Shown here: in pieces, positions 53,643 through 63,660 of the stretch
Numbering within the stretch: the stretch's first letter is position 1
Layout of the letters: every line of letters starts with the position of its first letter
Source: Octopus bimaculoides
Lineage: Eukaryota
Direction of reading: 5' to 3'
NCBI RefSeq assembly: GCF_001194135.2
Contig: NC_068996.1
Coordinates: 22,589,969-22,653,628, forward strand
DNA length: 63,660 nucleotides
Position numbers and translations under genes: made by a program
Notes under the pieces: model-generated
What the model was told of the DNA's origin: nothing
Seen by the model: only the letters and a program-made list of their open reading frames with translations
Databases searched by the model: none

Positions 53643-55534
53643 CATACAGGTATATCATCATCATTTAATGTGCATTCTCCATGCCAGCATGTATGTGTGT
53701 CTATGACATTATCTATACTTAACTTTGCTTATGGCATATATTATAACAGATTTATTTTTTTATATCTCACATGTGCTTTGTTGTTTTTCCATCCACCAGC
53801 ATACTGTTTCCGGAGACCGCCATGACCATCTAGAATACTTAGGGTTCCAAATCCATTTCTTTTATCATAACTCCAATCTCCGTCGTACATATTTCCAGAG
53901 CTTTTCCATTTGTAAGTTCCTTTGCCTATTTCAGAAAGAAGAAACATTCCCATAAATTTTAGTTTTACTACTACTACTGCAGCTACTGAAACAGATTTTC
54001 TACAATTGGATGCCCTTCCTACTGCCATCACCAATGCTTTTTATGTGGCACCAACACCCATACCAATGTTTTTTACATGGCACCTTGCTTTTAGGATCTC
54101 AATTCTGTTGTGGTGGGCAGGTCTTCTTGAGTACAACACTGTGCCACAAATCTTGGTTCTCTGTTATCACCTTTGTAAGATTCAGCATTTTGATATCAGT
54201 CTTCAATACTCCGTCCCTTGTCTTCCTAGGTCTCCCTCTTCTCAACTTCTTTCTACTTTAAGTGACCAGCACTCCTTTATGCAACTGTCCTCATCCATCT
54301 GCATTACATGACCAAACCAGCACAGACTCCTCCCTTGCACACTGCATATAATTTCTTTTATGCCCAATTTCTCTCAAGACACCAATACTGTTGCACATGC
54401 ACACTCATGCTGCACATCTAGTGGAGCATACCAGTTTTATTCCTATCCAGCCTTCACATGTCCTCCACATCCATAGCCCACATCTCACTACCATGCAGCA
54501 TTGCAGTTCATACACATGCATCATACAACCCTTTTTTTCACTCAGAGAGAGGTAAAAGCTCTCTGAACTTTCTCCATCGTATTCTTATTCTAACAACTAC
54601 ACTTTCTATACAACTTCCTCCCACAGCTGATTAGGTCACCTAGGTAGCAAAAATCATCCACAACTTCCAGAAAACCACTGGGACATTTAAGAAAATCACT
54701 TTCCTGTGTACCTGTGGTCTTTATGGCTCCTGCACATCTTCCACATCCAACCCTTTTGTCTCTGTTAACCTTTCTACTATTCCACTGCATCTGTTGTGCA
54801 GGTACACTGAATGGAACTTCTGCCTACACCCTTCCTACATATCGAGCAAGGCCAATTACCAGAAGGGTGAAGGGTCCTGTCTAATTTCTTGCTTACTAGG
54901 ACCTTGGTCTTTGCTAAGTTAACTTTAAGACCCTTTGATTCCAGGTTCTGTTTCCACATCTAGAATTTCTAATTTTGTTACAGATTCTGCTACAACAGCA
55001 AGACCATCAGTATATAGTAATTCCTATTGGCTTCCAGTCTTAAATTCCTACGTTATGATCTGAAAGACAATGATGAATAGGAGTAGGATGAGGACAGACA
55101 CATGGTGGACACCTACCTGTTACCCATGGCCAACACTTACCTTACTAACAGCACCCCTGTACATGGCCTGAACTGCTTTCACAAGCCATTCATCTATCCC
55201 TAGCTTCTTCAGGGACCACCATATCAGAAAGTGAAGTCCTCTGTTGAAGGTTTTTTCTCTAGATCAACAAATGCCAAACACAACAGCTTGTTCTTAGCTA
55301 AATACTTATGAGGAGGGGGTGCTGAAAAGTTCCTGGCTTTGGGCAAAAGAAAACACAGGAAAATCAATTAATTATGATTTTATTCAACATATTCGCCTCT
55401 CTGATTCACACACTTATTGCAGTGGTCTTTCAGTTTTTCCAAGTCCTGTAAAAGAACTCCAACCAAGCCTTTCATGATACCCTTTAAGCCAGGAACTTTT
55501 CAGCACACCCTTGTCTATATATGTACATACATAG

Positions 55535-55570
<36 letters not shown>

Positions 55571-58500
55571 CAAGCAGGTTCAAAGGTCCTTCCTGAGCGA
55601 TAGGCTCATATTTCCATTTCCTGTGGTGTATATCATATTCTTGCCTATGGATAGGACACTAGTCCGGCACAGAATTACCAATATTTACCAGCTGAGAGGA
55701 CTGGAGCAACATGAAATGAAGTGTTTTGCTCGAGAAGACAACACATTGCTCGGTCCAGGAATTGAAACCACAATCTTATGATCATGAGTGCAACATCCTA
55801 ATAATTTTGCCATGTGTCTCCACCCCTACCCTGCCACATGTGTGTATGTATACATAAATGTGTGAGTATATATACACACACACACACACATATATATATA
55901 CATATATATGTACACATACATCATCATCATCATAATTTAATGTCCGTGGTCCATGCTGGCATGGGTGGGATGGTACCACAAGAGCCAGCCAGGCAAAAGC
56001 CTGCACCGGACTTCTTTGACTGTTTTGGCAGGATTTTTACAGCTGGATGCCCTTCCTAACACCAGCCACTCAGCAGAGTGGACTTAGTGCTTTTTATGTG
56101 GTACAAGCACAGGTGAGGTGAGTAGTGCTTTTTATGTGGCGCAAGCACAGGCGAGGTCAGTTTGGCAAGGTTTTTACAGCTGGATACCCTTCCAAATGTC
56201 AACCACGTTACAGTGTGGAGTGGATGCTTTTAAGTGGCACCTGCACTGACAAGGTCACCAAGTACTTGGAAGAAAAAAACTTTTTAGAGGGGAGGAGGCA
56301 TTGGAGGAGGTGATGATGAAAAGGTTATAGTGAGACAGATACAGGTGTCTTGTTGAAGAGGAAGTACAAGGTTACCCGGCCGGAGAGAGAAAGATCAGGA
56401 ATGAAGACAGAAACAGGTGTGGTACTGCAAAGAAANNNNNNNNNNNNNNNNNNNNNNNNNNNNNNNNNNNNNNNNNNNNNNNNNNNNNNNNNNNNNNNNN
56501 NNNNNNNNNNNNNNNNNNNNNNNNNNNNNNNNNNNNNNNNNNNNNNNNNNNNNNNNNNNNNNNNNNNNNNNNNNNNNNNNNNNNNNNNNNNNNNNNNNNN
56601 NNNNNNNNNNNNNNNNNNNNNNNNNNNNNNNNNNNNNNNNNNNNNNNNNNNNNNNNNNNNNNNNNNNNNNNNNNNNNNNNNNNNNNNNNNNNNNNNNNNN
56701 NNNNNNNNNNNNNNNNNNNNNNNNNNNNNNNNNNNNNNNNNNNNNNNNNNNNNNNNNNNNNNNNNNNNNNNNNNNNNNNNCTTATGTGTACCTTTCCTTC
56801 ATTGGACACTAAACTCTGCTTGTGAAGACCTGTTGAGGCAAGTGAAATCGAAATCGAACCAAATTCGGTGACTGGCACCCATGCCAACCTTTCCTTCATT
56901 GGACACTAAACTCTGCTTGCGAAGACCTGGTGGGGCAAGTGAAACCGAAATTGAACCAAATTCGATGACTGGCACGTATCCGAGTGTGATCATTGCCAGA
57001 GCAGCTGTCTGGCTTCCATGCCGGTGGCATGTAAGTAGCACCATTTGAGCATGTTCATTACCAGCGTCGCCTTACTGGCACTTGTGCTGGTAACGTGTGA
57101 GAAAACATTCGAGCGAGGTCATTGCCAGTGCCGCTGGACTGGCTCCTGTGCAGGTGGCACGTAAAATACACCATTTTGAGCATGGCCGTTGCCAGTACCG
57201 CCTGACTGGCCTTCATGCGGGTGACACATAAAAGCACCCACTACACTCTCCGAGTGGTTGGCGTTAGGAAGGGCATCCAGCTGTAGAAACTCTGCCAGAT
57301 CAGATTGGAGCCTGGTGTAGCCATCTGGTTCGCCAGTTCTCAGTCAAATCGTCCAACCCATGCTAGCATGGAAAGTGGACGTTAAACGATGATGATGATA
57401 TATATCTATGTGTGTGTGTGTGTGTATATACAAACACAGACACACATATAATGCAATATATATATCGTTAGTTCACTGCTATAGTAGAAGTCACTTCCCC
57501 ATGGTGTCACATAGTGGGATTGAACCTGATACCACTTGGCTAAGAACCAAAGTTCTTAATAACCTGCACTTACAGGAAAATGAAAGCATAATCAGTAGAA
57601 GCTATTTGTGAACACCTTCCAATATTCTCTAGTTTAGTACAACTGGTAAGATAGTTAGCAATAGTATGAATTTTATACCCAGGTGTTCACTTCAAATATG
57701 TACCTCAAGTTTTTGAGAAAAGCATGTACATCACAACTTCATACTGTCCTCTTCTAAAACAGAAACTTCGATGTAGTCAAAATTATCTGATGACAACTAA
57801 ACTAGTTAGCCTCTAGATGAGCAGTTCTCAGTGTGGGAGGTACCACCCCAAGGGGGCACTGGGTATATCGAAGGTGGCTGATATTAGAAGGGCATAAACA
57901 TTACCAGTTCATACTTGTTTGGTTTGGGCAATACATTGCATATTTTTCTTTGGAAATATAAATTACATGAACAACAAGGTGGGATTTGACCTGGAACTGG
58001 CTGCTGCTTCTAGCATGACAAGGATTGTAGAACCTCCGTCATTAAAGACAATTATTCAGTGACTATGAACATATCTTTTATTTATTTATCAAGAAATACA
58101 CTGAAATGCAGTGGAATTGTATCAATGACAAGGTCGCAGTTGGTGCGATGAAAATGTTCTCTCCAAATAATAGATGTTTAAGTGAAGGTAGCAGTCGTAT
58201 GTTTTTGAATAGCTAATTATGTATATTCCACGCTATAACTGTTTTAGTTTAAAACACTGTTCAGATAAAGTCCCTTGCCTGGCGAGTACACATCCGGATT
58301 TTTCTTACTTTCTTTTTTCAACTTAGAACCACAACGATAAGAATCCCCAATGTATAGGTTAAAATTCTTTTTATCTTCCTATCGATAAAAGCACATAATT
58401 TGAGATGTTATTTCATTGTGAAAGAGATGATATAGTAATATTTACCATACCTGCACAATGTGTCCCGCTCTTTAATTTTGTTTCCTTATAACTGTCAGAG

Positions 58501-59218
58501 AAATGGATATACCTTAATGAAACTTTCTACAAATAACGTTCGGATGGTGTAGATTATGATTATATCATAATTTGATGTTAAAATATAAAATCAAAAAAAA
58601 AAAACAAAAAAAAAAATCACGAACATACATACTGACACCTGCAACATATTATTCTACAAAATAAAATTGGAAATTTTGAAACAAAAATTATGTAGTGTGT
58701 ACCAATATGTGTGTACGCGCCCACATTTTTTTTTTAATATTAAATTCTGATATAATCAGTATTTACACCATCTGAGAGGTATTTGTAGAAAAGTTTTGAA
58801 TGTTATTAGGGATCTTAATCGAATTGCATAAATTACCTGAAACTCCTATCCGTAAAAAATTTTCACAATAAATTATGAAAAAAATCGTAATCTACACAAT
58901 CTGAAAGGTATCTGTAGAACATTGCATTAAAAAATATCAATTTTTCTGAAAGATATGAGGAAACAAATAGTGGGTGGGGCACACTAGTGCAGGTAGGTCA
59001 TATTTACAATACGTACTGTTCATTAGAGAAGAGTAGTAATACAATTAGATTAACTATGTACCGTGTTTCATATTGTTGAACCATTCACCCGTAAACTGGT
59101 CACCGTTTACAGAGTACACAGTATGGCGTACACCGTTCTTCTGTGCAAGTTCGTCCCACTTCACCCATAATGGTTGTACAGTTTTGGTGCGTCTACCAAC
59201 AGGTATAGATTTCTTCAT
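39998..59218 (-). CDS. MORN3: MORN repeat-containing protein 3 (5 coding exons joined, 726 nt, 241 aa)
   Basis: Exon lengths 157+155+160+185+69=726 nt splice in frame with GT-AG introns to give MKKSIPVG...NGDQFTGEWFNNMKHG-KGTYKW...YDGDWSYDKRNGFG...YEGEWYCDKRSGWGRMYYADGSIYEGEWYDDMRNGQGMLRL-ANENRYEGLWQKDMKNGRG...CGTMIDFSRDSAPYPTKYPIPQ-VEVKNSDSILIASEKSFLPEYE*. It has tandem MORN repeats (YxGxWxxxxRxGxG) and the MORN3-type C-terminal CGTMIDF..R..AP.PT..PIP motif. Orthology is from recall, not a database search. Confidence 0.93.
40470..40600. promoter_or_regulatory. CpG-containing promoter-like motif cluster inside MORN3 intron 4
   Basis: TACGCATGCGCA (NRF1-like, 40510-40521), CCAAT (40534-40538), ACTTCCT (ETS, 40564-40570), TTTCGCGCC (E2F, 40586-40594), ACTACA (40595-40600); minus-strand GTAAGT donor at 40475-40470. 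Confidence 0.4.
41380..42085. mobile_element. Foldback MITE (~185-bp arms) with a SINE inserted in the left arm
   Basis: agaaatgggag...gaagacagtgcatgattctagaac...gtaacagtgg is mirrored at 41893-42083. Truncated family copies occur at 43838-43857 and 44335-44428. Confidence 0.75.
41487..41697 (+). mobile_element. Third tRNA-type SINE (partial copy at ~51768-51920)
   Basis: ggtggtgagctggcagaa...ctgagttcaaattc head; flanked by duplicated aatatttagaa. Confidence 0.7.
42325..42695. mobile_element. Young foldback MITE, 121-bp TIRs (118/121 identical), 129-bp spacer
   Basis: Arms 42325-42445 and 42575-42695. The left end reads CACTATAG (CACTA-like) but no TSD could be confirmed. Confidence 0.8.
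44082..44266 (-). CDS. MORN3: MORN3 coding exon 4
   Basis: Acceptor ttattgttttgtAG|CA, donor CAG|GTAATA; 185 nt; NENRYEGLWQKDMKNGRGKFFFLDSGQLYEGVWVDDIPKCGTMIDFSRDSAPYPTKYPIPQ. Confidence 0.95.
45344..46255 (+). mobile_element. Internally deleted mariner element
   Basis: TA-flanked imperfect TIRs (tgaaggggtacccaaaa / ttttttggggggtacctccttg); MAETKEQCASIKFCFLLEKTAAET...EW...SGR N-terminus; the VTGDESWCY-like motif runs directly into the C-terminal ASNGEYFE-type region. Confidence 0.88.
46623..46782 (-). CDS. MORN3: MORN3 coding exon 3 (not represented in the ORF track)
   Basis: Acceptor tttctctttctcAG|GGA, donor TTAG|GTGAGA; 160 nt; GYGSHFYNSDEYYEGEWYCDKRSGWGRMYYADGSIYEGEWYDDMRNGQGMLRL. Confidence 0.95.
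47298..47660 (-). mobile_element. tRNA-derived SINE family B copy inserted in a (TACA)n tract
   Basis: Highly similar reverse complement of 20856-21245. Confidence 0.85.
50047..51328 (+). mobile_element. Full-length (1282 bp) mariner element with disrupted transposase (ATG 50228, TAA 51253-55)
   Basis: TA TSD, TIRs TTGGGTCATTTCATAAATAATG / CATTATTTATGGGATAACCCAA; MEVTKEHI...WFQKFR...LEDEPHSGR, IVIGNEIW, FHQDNVRPH, ASSDYHLF motifs; several stops and frameshifts. Confidence 0.92.
53771..53925 (-). CDS. MORN3: MORN3 coding exon 2
   Basis: Acceptor ttctttctgaaatAG|GC, donor CAT|GTGAGA; 155 nt; KGTYKWKSSGNMYDGDWSYDKRNGFGTLSILDGHGGLRKQYAGGWKNNKAH. Confidence 0.93.
54530..54960 (-). mobile_element. 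RTE-clade LINE RT fragment
   Basis: WKQNLESKGLKVNLAKTK...CSIC...CGRC...LEVVDDFCYLGDLISCG. Confidence 0.75.
55310..55513. mobile_element. Mariner-derived MITE (~205 bp), copy 2
   Basis: TIRs GGGGGTGCTGAAAAGTTCCTGGCTT / AAGCCAGGAACTTTTCAGCACACCC. Confidence 0.72.
56781..57398 (+). mobile_element. RTE-type 3' UTR copy with tandem subrepeats and (GAT)n tail
   Basis: Near-identical in layout to 6400-7073 and 28030-28581. Confidence 0.75.
58455..58988. mobile_element. Degenerate non-autonomous DNA element with imperfect ~45-bp TIRs
   Basis: acaatgtgtcccgctc...ttgtttccttataactgtcag vs ctgaaagatatgaggaaacaa...ggggcacactagt; internal repeated ccatctgaRaggtaYYtgtagaa. Confidence 0.45.
59062..59218 (-). 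CDS. MORN3: MORN3 coding exon 1 (MKKSIP...NMKH+G, ends phase 1)
   Basis: ATG at 59218-59216; encodes LWVKWDELAQKNGVRHTVYSVNGDQFTGEW; donor CACG|GTACAT at 59061. Confidence 0.88.
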
Positions 59219-59255
59219 GTCTGGCTGGAGTTGTAAACTGAACGAAATCACTAAC

Positions 59256-59308
59256 GTTGCTGTTATTTACAATAAACTATAATAATTGTTATTTGTTACC
59301 AAGGAGAT
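59256..59308. promoter_or_regulatory. Candidate RFX X-box and forkhead sites upstream of MORN3
   Basis: GTTACCAAGGAGAT (59295-59308, X-box-like), GTTGCT half-site (59256-59261) and TATTTAC forkhead core (59264-59270), all within 90 nt of the ATG. Confidence 0.35.
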
Positions 59309-61305
59309 TAAAGGCCGACAAATCTTGCTATCTTAGTGAATTTACAGCGCTGCCCCTTTTTTTTTCGTTAACCGCGTGGTTCCAGGAAGATGGACAATTA
59401 ATCTTTACCTTGGATGAGTGAGTGACCTCTATATCTTCTTAATGTATAATTAACATCTGTTTTGAATTGGAAAACGGCTTTTAAAAACTTGATTTTTTTT
59501 CACATTTGTTGAAAACAAATAACCTAACTTACAATTAGTTTTGTAAACTTTGTTTATCATAGTAAGTTATATAGCTGACCAATTAAAAATAATTTCGTTA
59601 CGTATGTAACGAAAATGGTATTTATTGTACCCCATAGTTTTTGGAAAACTTTTCCACCATTTTTCTATATTTCCATTATTTTACCAGTCAGTGTATTTAT
59701 GCATGTGAGTGAAATATTTTTTAGATGTGTATACATATATATTTTCCAAGTACACACACGCGTACAAGAAATTGCTTGATGAAGCGACAAGTTGTAAAGA
59801 AACATAACTCTTGTTGGAAAAGTTGACATAATCTCTATGCGCGTGGTGAGTTGTAGTTTAAAAGTACACTTTAACCAATTATATATATATATATATATAT
59901 NNNNNNNNNNNNNNNNNNNNNNNNNNNNNNNNNNNNNNNNNNNNNNNNNNNNNNNNNNNNNNNNNNNNNNNNNNNNNNNNNNNNNNNNNNNNNNNNNNNN
60001 GATTACCTACGAGTATTTGCGAAGTTATTTGAGAATCGAAAAAGTATCTGTCCAAATGAACTAATGTATAAATACGTTTTGAACATTAATTTCGACGTAA
60101 TTACAAATAGTTCAGGTGGTAGACTTGATCTCCCGCCCGGTTTAACACCAGCAGCTGGTCCTCAGAGGCCTTTAACCGGTCCCTTGGGCCACTTCTTCGG
60201 TTTGACGATACCTTTCTCTCTCCCACAAGTTTCGAAGTCGTTGTAAGGGTTATTACGAGCGCTGATTTTCCTTTTGATTGAGAGACTAAAAAAATTCATG
60301 TTTACGTTTTTAAATTCGAAACTTGTTCTTTACTAAAATCGAGCAATAAATGCTTCAAATTATTTATGATAGCTTTGATTTATAACCTCCTTAAAATCAG
60401 TTATACCTTTCAATTTGTTAATTGTCGCCGGAATTAAATGCTGATGTAGGATATAATACCATCAGGGCTTCCTAGTAAGGGGAAGTAACTGTGAACGCTT
60501 TTATGCTAAAAGACTGAAAACAGTTAAAATCTGAAAATTTAACTGTCAGATAAGGTTCTAAAAACTTGAAAGAATTTTCTTTGAAGAAAGAGCGAACATT
60601 GAATATAAAATATATAAACAATGTTATTTAATAAATGTATAAATAGAAACAAGAAATAAACTATAAAAGATGCAATACAAACCTTATAAAATAAGCAGGG
60701 TTATCTCCCCTGAAACTAAGGTGTTTTTATTTTTTTTCGAGATTTTTTTTTCAATATGGCTGAGTATCATTTATTTTCTGTAGTTTCCAAAGTTTCAATA
60801 TTGTTGTTAGATTTTTAGACTTTAAACATTGTCATATGGAGTACATGCCTTCTGACTATACGAATAATTTCAGTTAATCGAAGTTTTTAAATTTTTAACG
60901 CATACATGGAAACCCTACTGCATTTCTATTCAATTCAATATTCACCATGTATCTTTCATCAACCCGATTGTTGACATTCATAACCAGCCTCATTAGTTCC
61001 AACCCATTTCTTTTTATATATACTGATCACTTTTAAGCACTGTGAACTGAGTATAATATGTTTTAGAACGGAGAACTAACAAGACCAGAACATGCTTTCA
61101 CCAGTTGTCGTAAAGCCTAACCAACTCACTCCATTTTGTAAACCTTTCATGTTTACAATTGTTTTTTAACAGAGTTATCTCCCTCCTCTCTTTTTAATAT
61201 TTTAATAACTAATAAAATCACTGGGTTTTAATTCATATTTTTCTCTCCTAATTTCATAAATAATTTCAATCACTCGAAATCTTTCAACAACCTGCATAAA
61301 TGCTT

Positions 61306-61506
61306 GGTACTACTAAATCAGCGCGGACCCGAACGCGCAGTCGCGCGTCCGCGCTAGCTAGTCGTGAGTGGTCGATCCTAACCCTAACCCTAACCCTAAA
61401 CTCGTATTCATTTGCACACGCGGGTTAGGGTTAGGATCGACCACTCAAGACTAGCTAGCGCGGACGCGCGTCTGCGCGTTCGGATCCGCGCTGCTTTAGT
61501 AGTACC
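61306..61506. mobile_element. Foldback MITE with 85-bp TIRs containing TTAGGG repeats and 9-bp TSD (Mutator-like)
   Basis: Arms 61306-61390 and 61422-61506 match at 81/85 positions; TSD TAAATGCTT at 61297-61305 and 61507-61515; GG termini. Confidence 0.88.
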
Positions 61507-61644
61507 TAAATGCTTTAGAAATATCGACGATAAACACATCGATAACATGAAATGTTTATCTTGGGCAAGTGTCTTCTACTATAGCCTCGGGTCGACCAAA
61601 CCCTTGTGAGTTGATTTGCTAGAGCGAAACTGGAATAAGCCCGC

Positions 61645-61687
<43 letters not shown>

Positions 61688-62042
61688 TTCAGCATTGCTT
61701 GACAACTGCTTGTTAGTTTACATCCTTGTAATCTAGTGATTCGGCAATAGTCACTGACAAAACAATTACCATGCTTAAAAATATCAGTTTGTTCTACTAA
61801 AACCTCTCAAGGCGGTGCCCCATTATAAGGTGGCGGTCAGAAGACTGAAACAAGTAAATGATAATAATAGCACACACACAGAATGTAAATAAATAACAAG
61901 GTTGTCCAGGTTGATACCTAGACATTCTTGTTACTTATTTACATTCTGTTCACCTAACTTGGAACTGTGTGGATTATACCGGACTGATCAAAGCTTTGTG
62001 AGTGGATTTGGTAGACGAAAACAGAAAGAAGCCCGTTGTCTC

Positions 62043-62127
<85 letters not shown>

Positions 62128-62342
62128 TGTATGTATATACGTTCATCCACATGTACATATAGATACATAACTGGGTACATGACGTGGCAAAAGAACAAGG
62201 ACAAAATGGTAAACAAGGTGCAACAAACAAGCAGGCCACATAGAAACATCCCCTTCATCAGCTGCCACCATTAAAACTCCGGCGTTTCGAAGAATTATAT
62301 ATATATATGTAAAAATATGTGACACTGAATTTTCAATGGCCG

Positions 62343-62403
62343 GATAACTGAAGAGATGTTGGCGTGGGTTCCCACCCCGGCATCCGAAACTCGGAGTTTT
62401 ATC
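62343..62403 (+). ncRNA. Type I hammerhead ribozyme-like motif (near canonical)
   Basis: Stem I GATAA/TTATC, core CTGAAGA (62348-54), 13-position stem II (12 paired) with GTTC loop and one extra C, GAAA (62386-89), near-palindromic stem III ACTCGGAGT, cleavage triplet GTT (after 62398). Confidence 0.7.
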
Positions 62404-62901
62404 ATGGCTACCGAATAAGTGTCACATATTTTTACAGATAAATTCCTCTATTTACATAATATCGAAGTCTCTTTCTTTCTTTTGTTGTACTTCTTATCAA
62501 TATATATATGTATATATATGTGTGTGTGTGTGTGCTTGCGCGTGCGCGTAGTAACTGTTATCTCGTATACGAGCAAAGTCATTGTTAGAAAGAATCATTG
62601 AAATGATTCATTGATGATGCAATGTGAGACACCTGTGTGACTCTTGAGCCCGGCCAAAGATTTGCACATTCTATTGCATAATGCACAGCTGTGCTGGCTG
62701 GCAGAAGGAACAGGTACCACAGTATGCGAGTGGATTTGGTAGTTTCACCTACAAAACGATTGTAAACACGGAAGGTTTACAAAATGGAGCACGAGTGTCA
62801 ACTTAGTTAGGTTTTACGACAACTAATGACGGCATGTTTTGGTCTTGTTAGATCTCCGTTCTGAAGCATATTACACTCAGTTCACGTTGCTTAAAAGTGA
62901 T

Positions 62902-62950
<49 letters not shown>

Positions 62951-63660
62951 GAAAATATAATGTGTGCCTCTGTGTGTGTTTGTGTTTGTCTGATCCCCTT
63001 GCCGCTTGACAACCGGTATTGGTTTGTTTACGTCAACGTAACATATCGGTTCGGTAAGTACCAGGCTTAAATAAAAACAAGTACTGGGATCAATTCATTC
63101 CACTAAAAATTCTGCAAGGTGGTGTCCCGTCATGGCTGCAGTCAATTGAGACAAGATAAAAGAGACAAATATTAATACGCATGTATGTATGTATGTATGT
63201 ATGCATGTATGTATGATTTCTTTTGAACTTGTAACCCCTTGGAATATACATACATTCATGTATGCATGTATATATATTCCAAAAGGTGACGAGTTCAAAA
63301 GAAGCTATGTCCAGTCATTTAGAAGAAAGATCTTAAAGATAAGTTTGAGCAGGAAATATAATGGTCCAACAAAATGTATTTTATAGGAAAAACTATTATG
63401 GAATTTTTAAATATATTTCTATAATAGAAATATGTTACAAAAACAAAATAGAAAGTACACGTGGAAATGTAAGGGGAAAGTAAGCAGAAAAATAATTGTT
63501 AAAGAGATTTATATATATATATATATTATATACATGTACGTCTTTCGCACATTCTAACTTCTGAAGTAGTTGTACGCCGCGGAAACTCGAGTAAAACAGG
63601 CTTCTGTACCAGCTTAGATAAACCATACACACACACATACGCACCCAAGCAGGCACACAC

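Noticed and set aside
59593-59614. 9-bp hairpin TTTCGTTAC-gtat-GTAACGAAA as a Helitron end or terminator
   Set aside because: No CTRR terminus at the expected distance; short hairpins arise by chance.
60064-60246. 60-aa plus-strand ORF and an overlapping 45-aa minus-strand ORF in a GC-rich patch
   Set aside because: No recognisable domain and no linkable exons in the window.
61375-61436. Telomere or chromosome end/fusion
   Set aside because: Only 2-3 TTAGGG units per arm, embedded in TIRs with a TSD; too few G-tracts for an intramolecular quadruplex.
61902-62325. ORFs with IYIYIY, CVCVCV or HTHTHT runs
   Set aside because: Translations of (TA)n and (TG)n microsatellites.

Overview
AT-rich, repeat-dense animal genomic DNA with 11 assembly gaps. 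The SINE families and microsatellite load suggest an octopus/cephalopod; this is inference. One protein-coding gene is well supported: MORN3 on the minus strand, five coding exons (59218-59062, 53925-53771, 46782-46623, 44266-44082, 40066-39998), GT-AG introns of phase 1,0,1,0, 241 aa. The rest is mostly transposon-derived: Tc1 and mariner copies, Tc1/mariner and hAT MITEs, several long foldback elements, RTE, CR1-like and Penelope-like retroelement fragments, and at least two tRNA-derived SINE families. The most notable unexplained signals are: (i) a near-canonical type I hammerhead ribozyme inside a ~130-nt rod-like fold at 62.3-62.4 kb, with several decayed relatives elsewhere in the window, pointing to a ribozyme-bearing Penelope/retrozyme-like family; (ii) a 201-bp CpG-rich foldback MITE with a 9-bp TSD whose TIRs carry TTAGGG telomeric repeats; (iii) a ~2-kb nested foldback with a micro-inversion in one arm; (iv) a promoter-like island inside the last MORN3 intron. 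All alignments and folds were done by eye.
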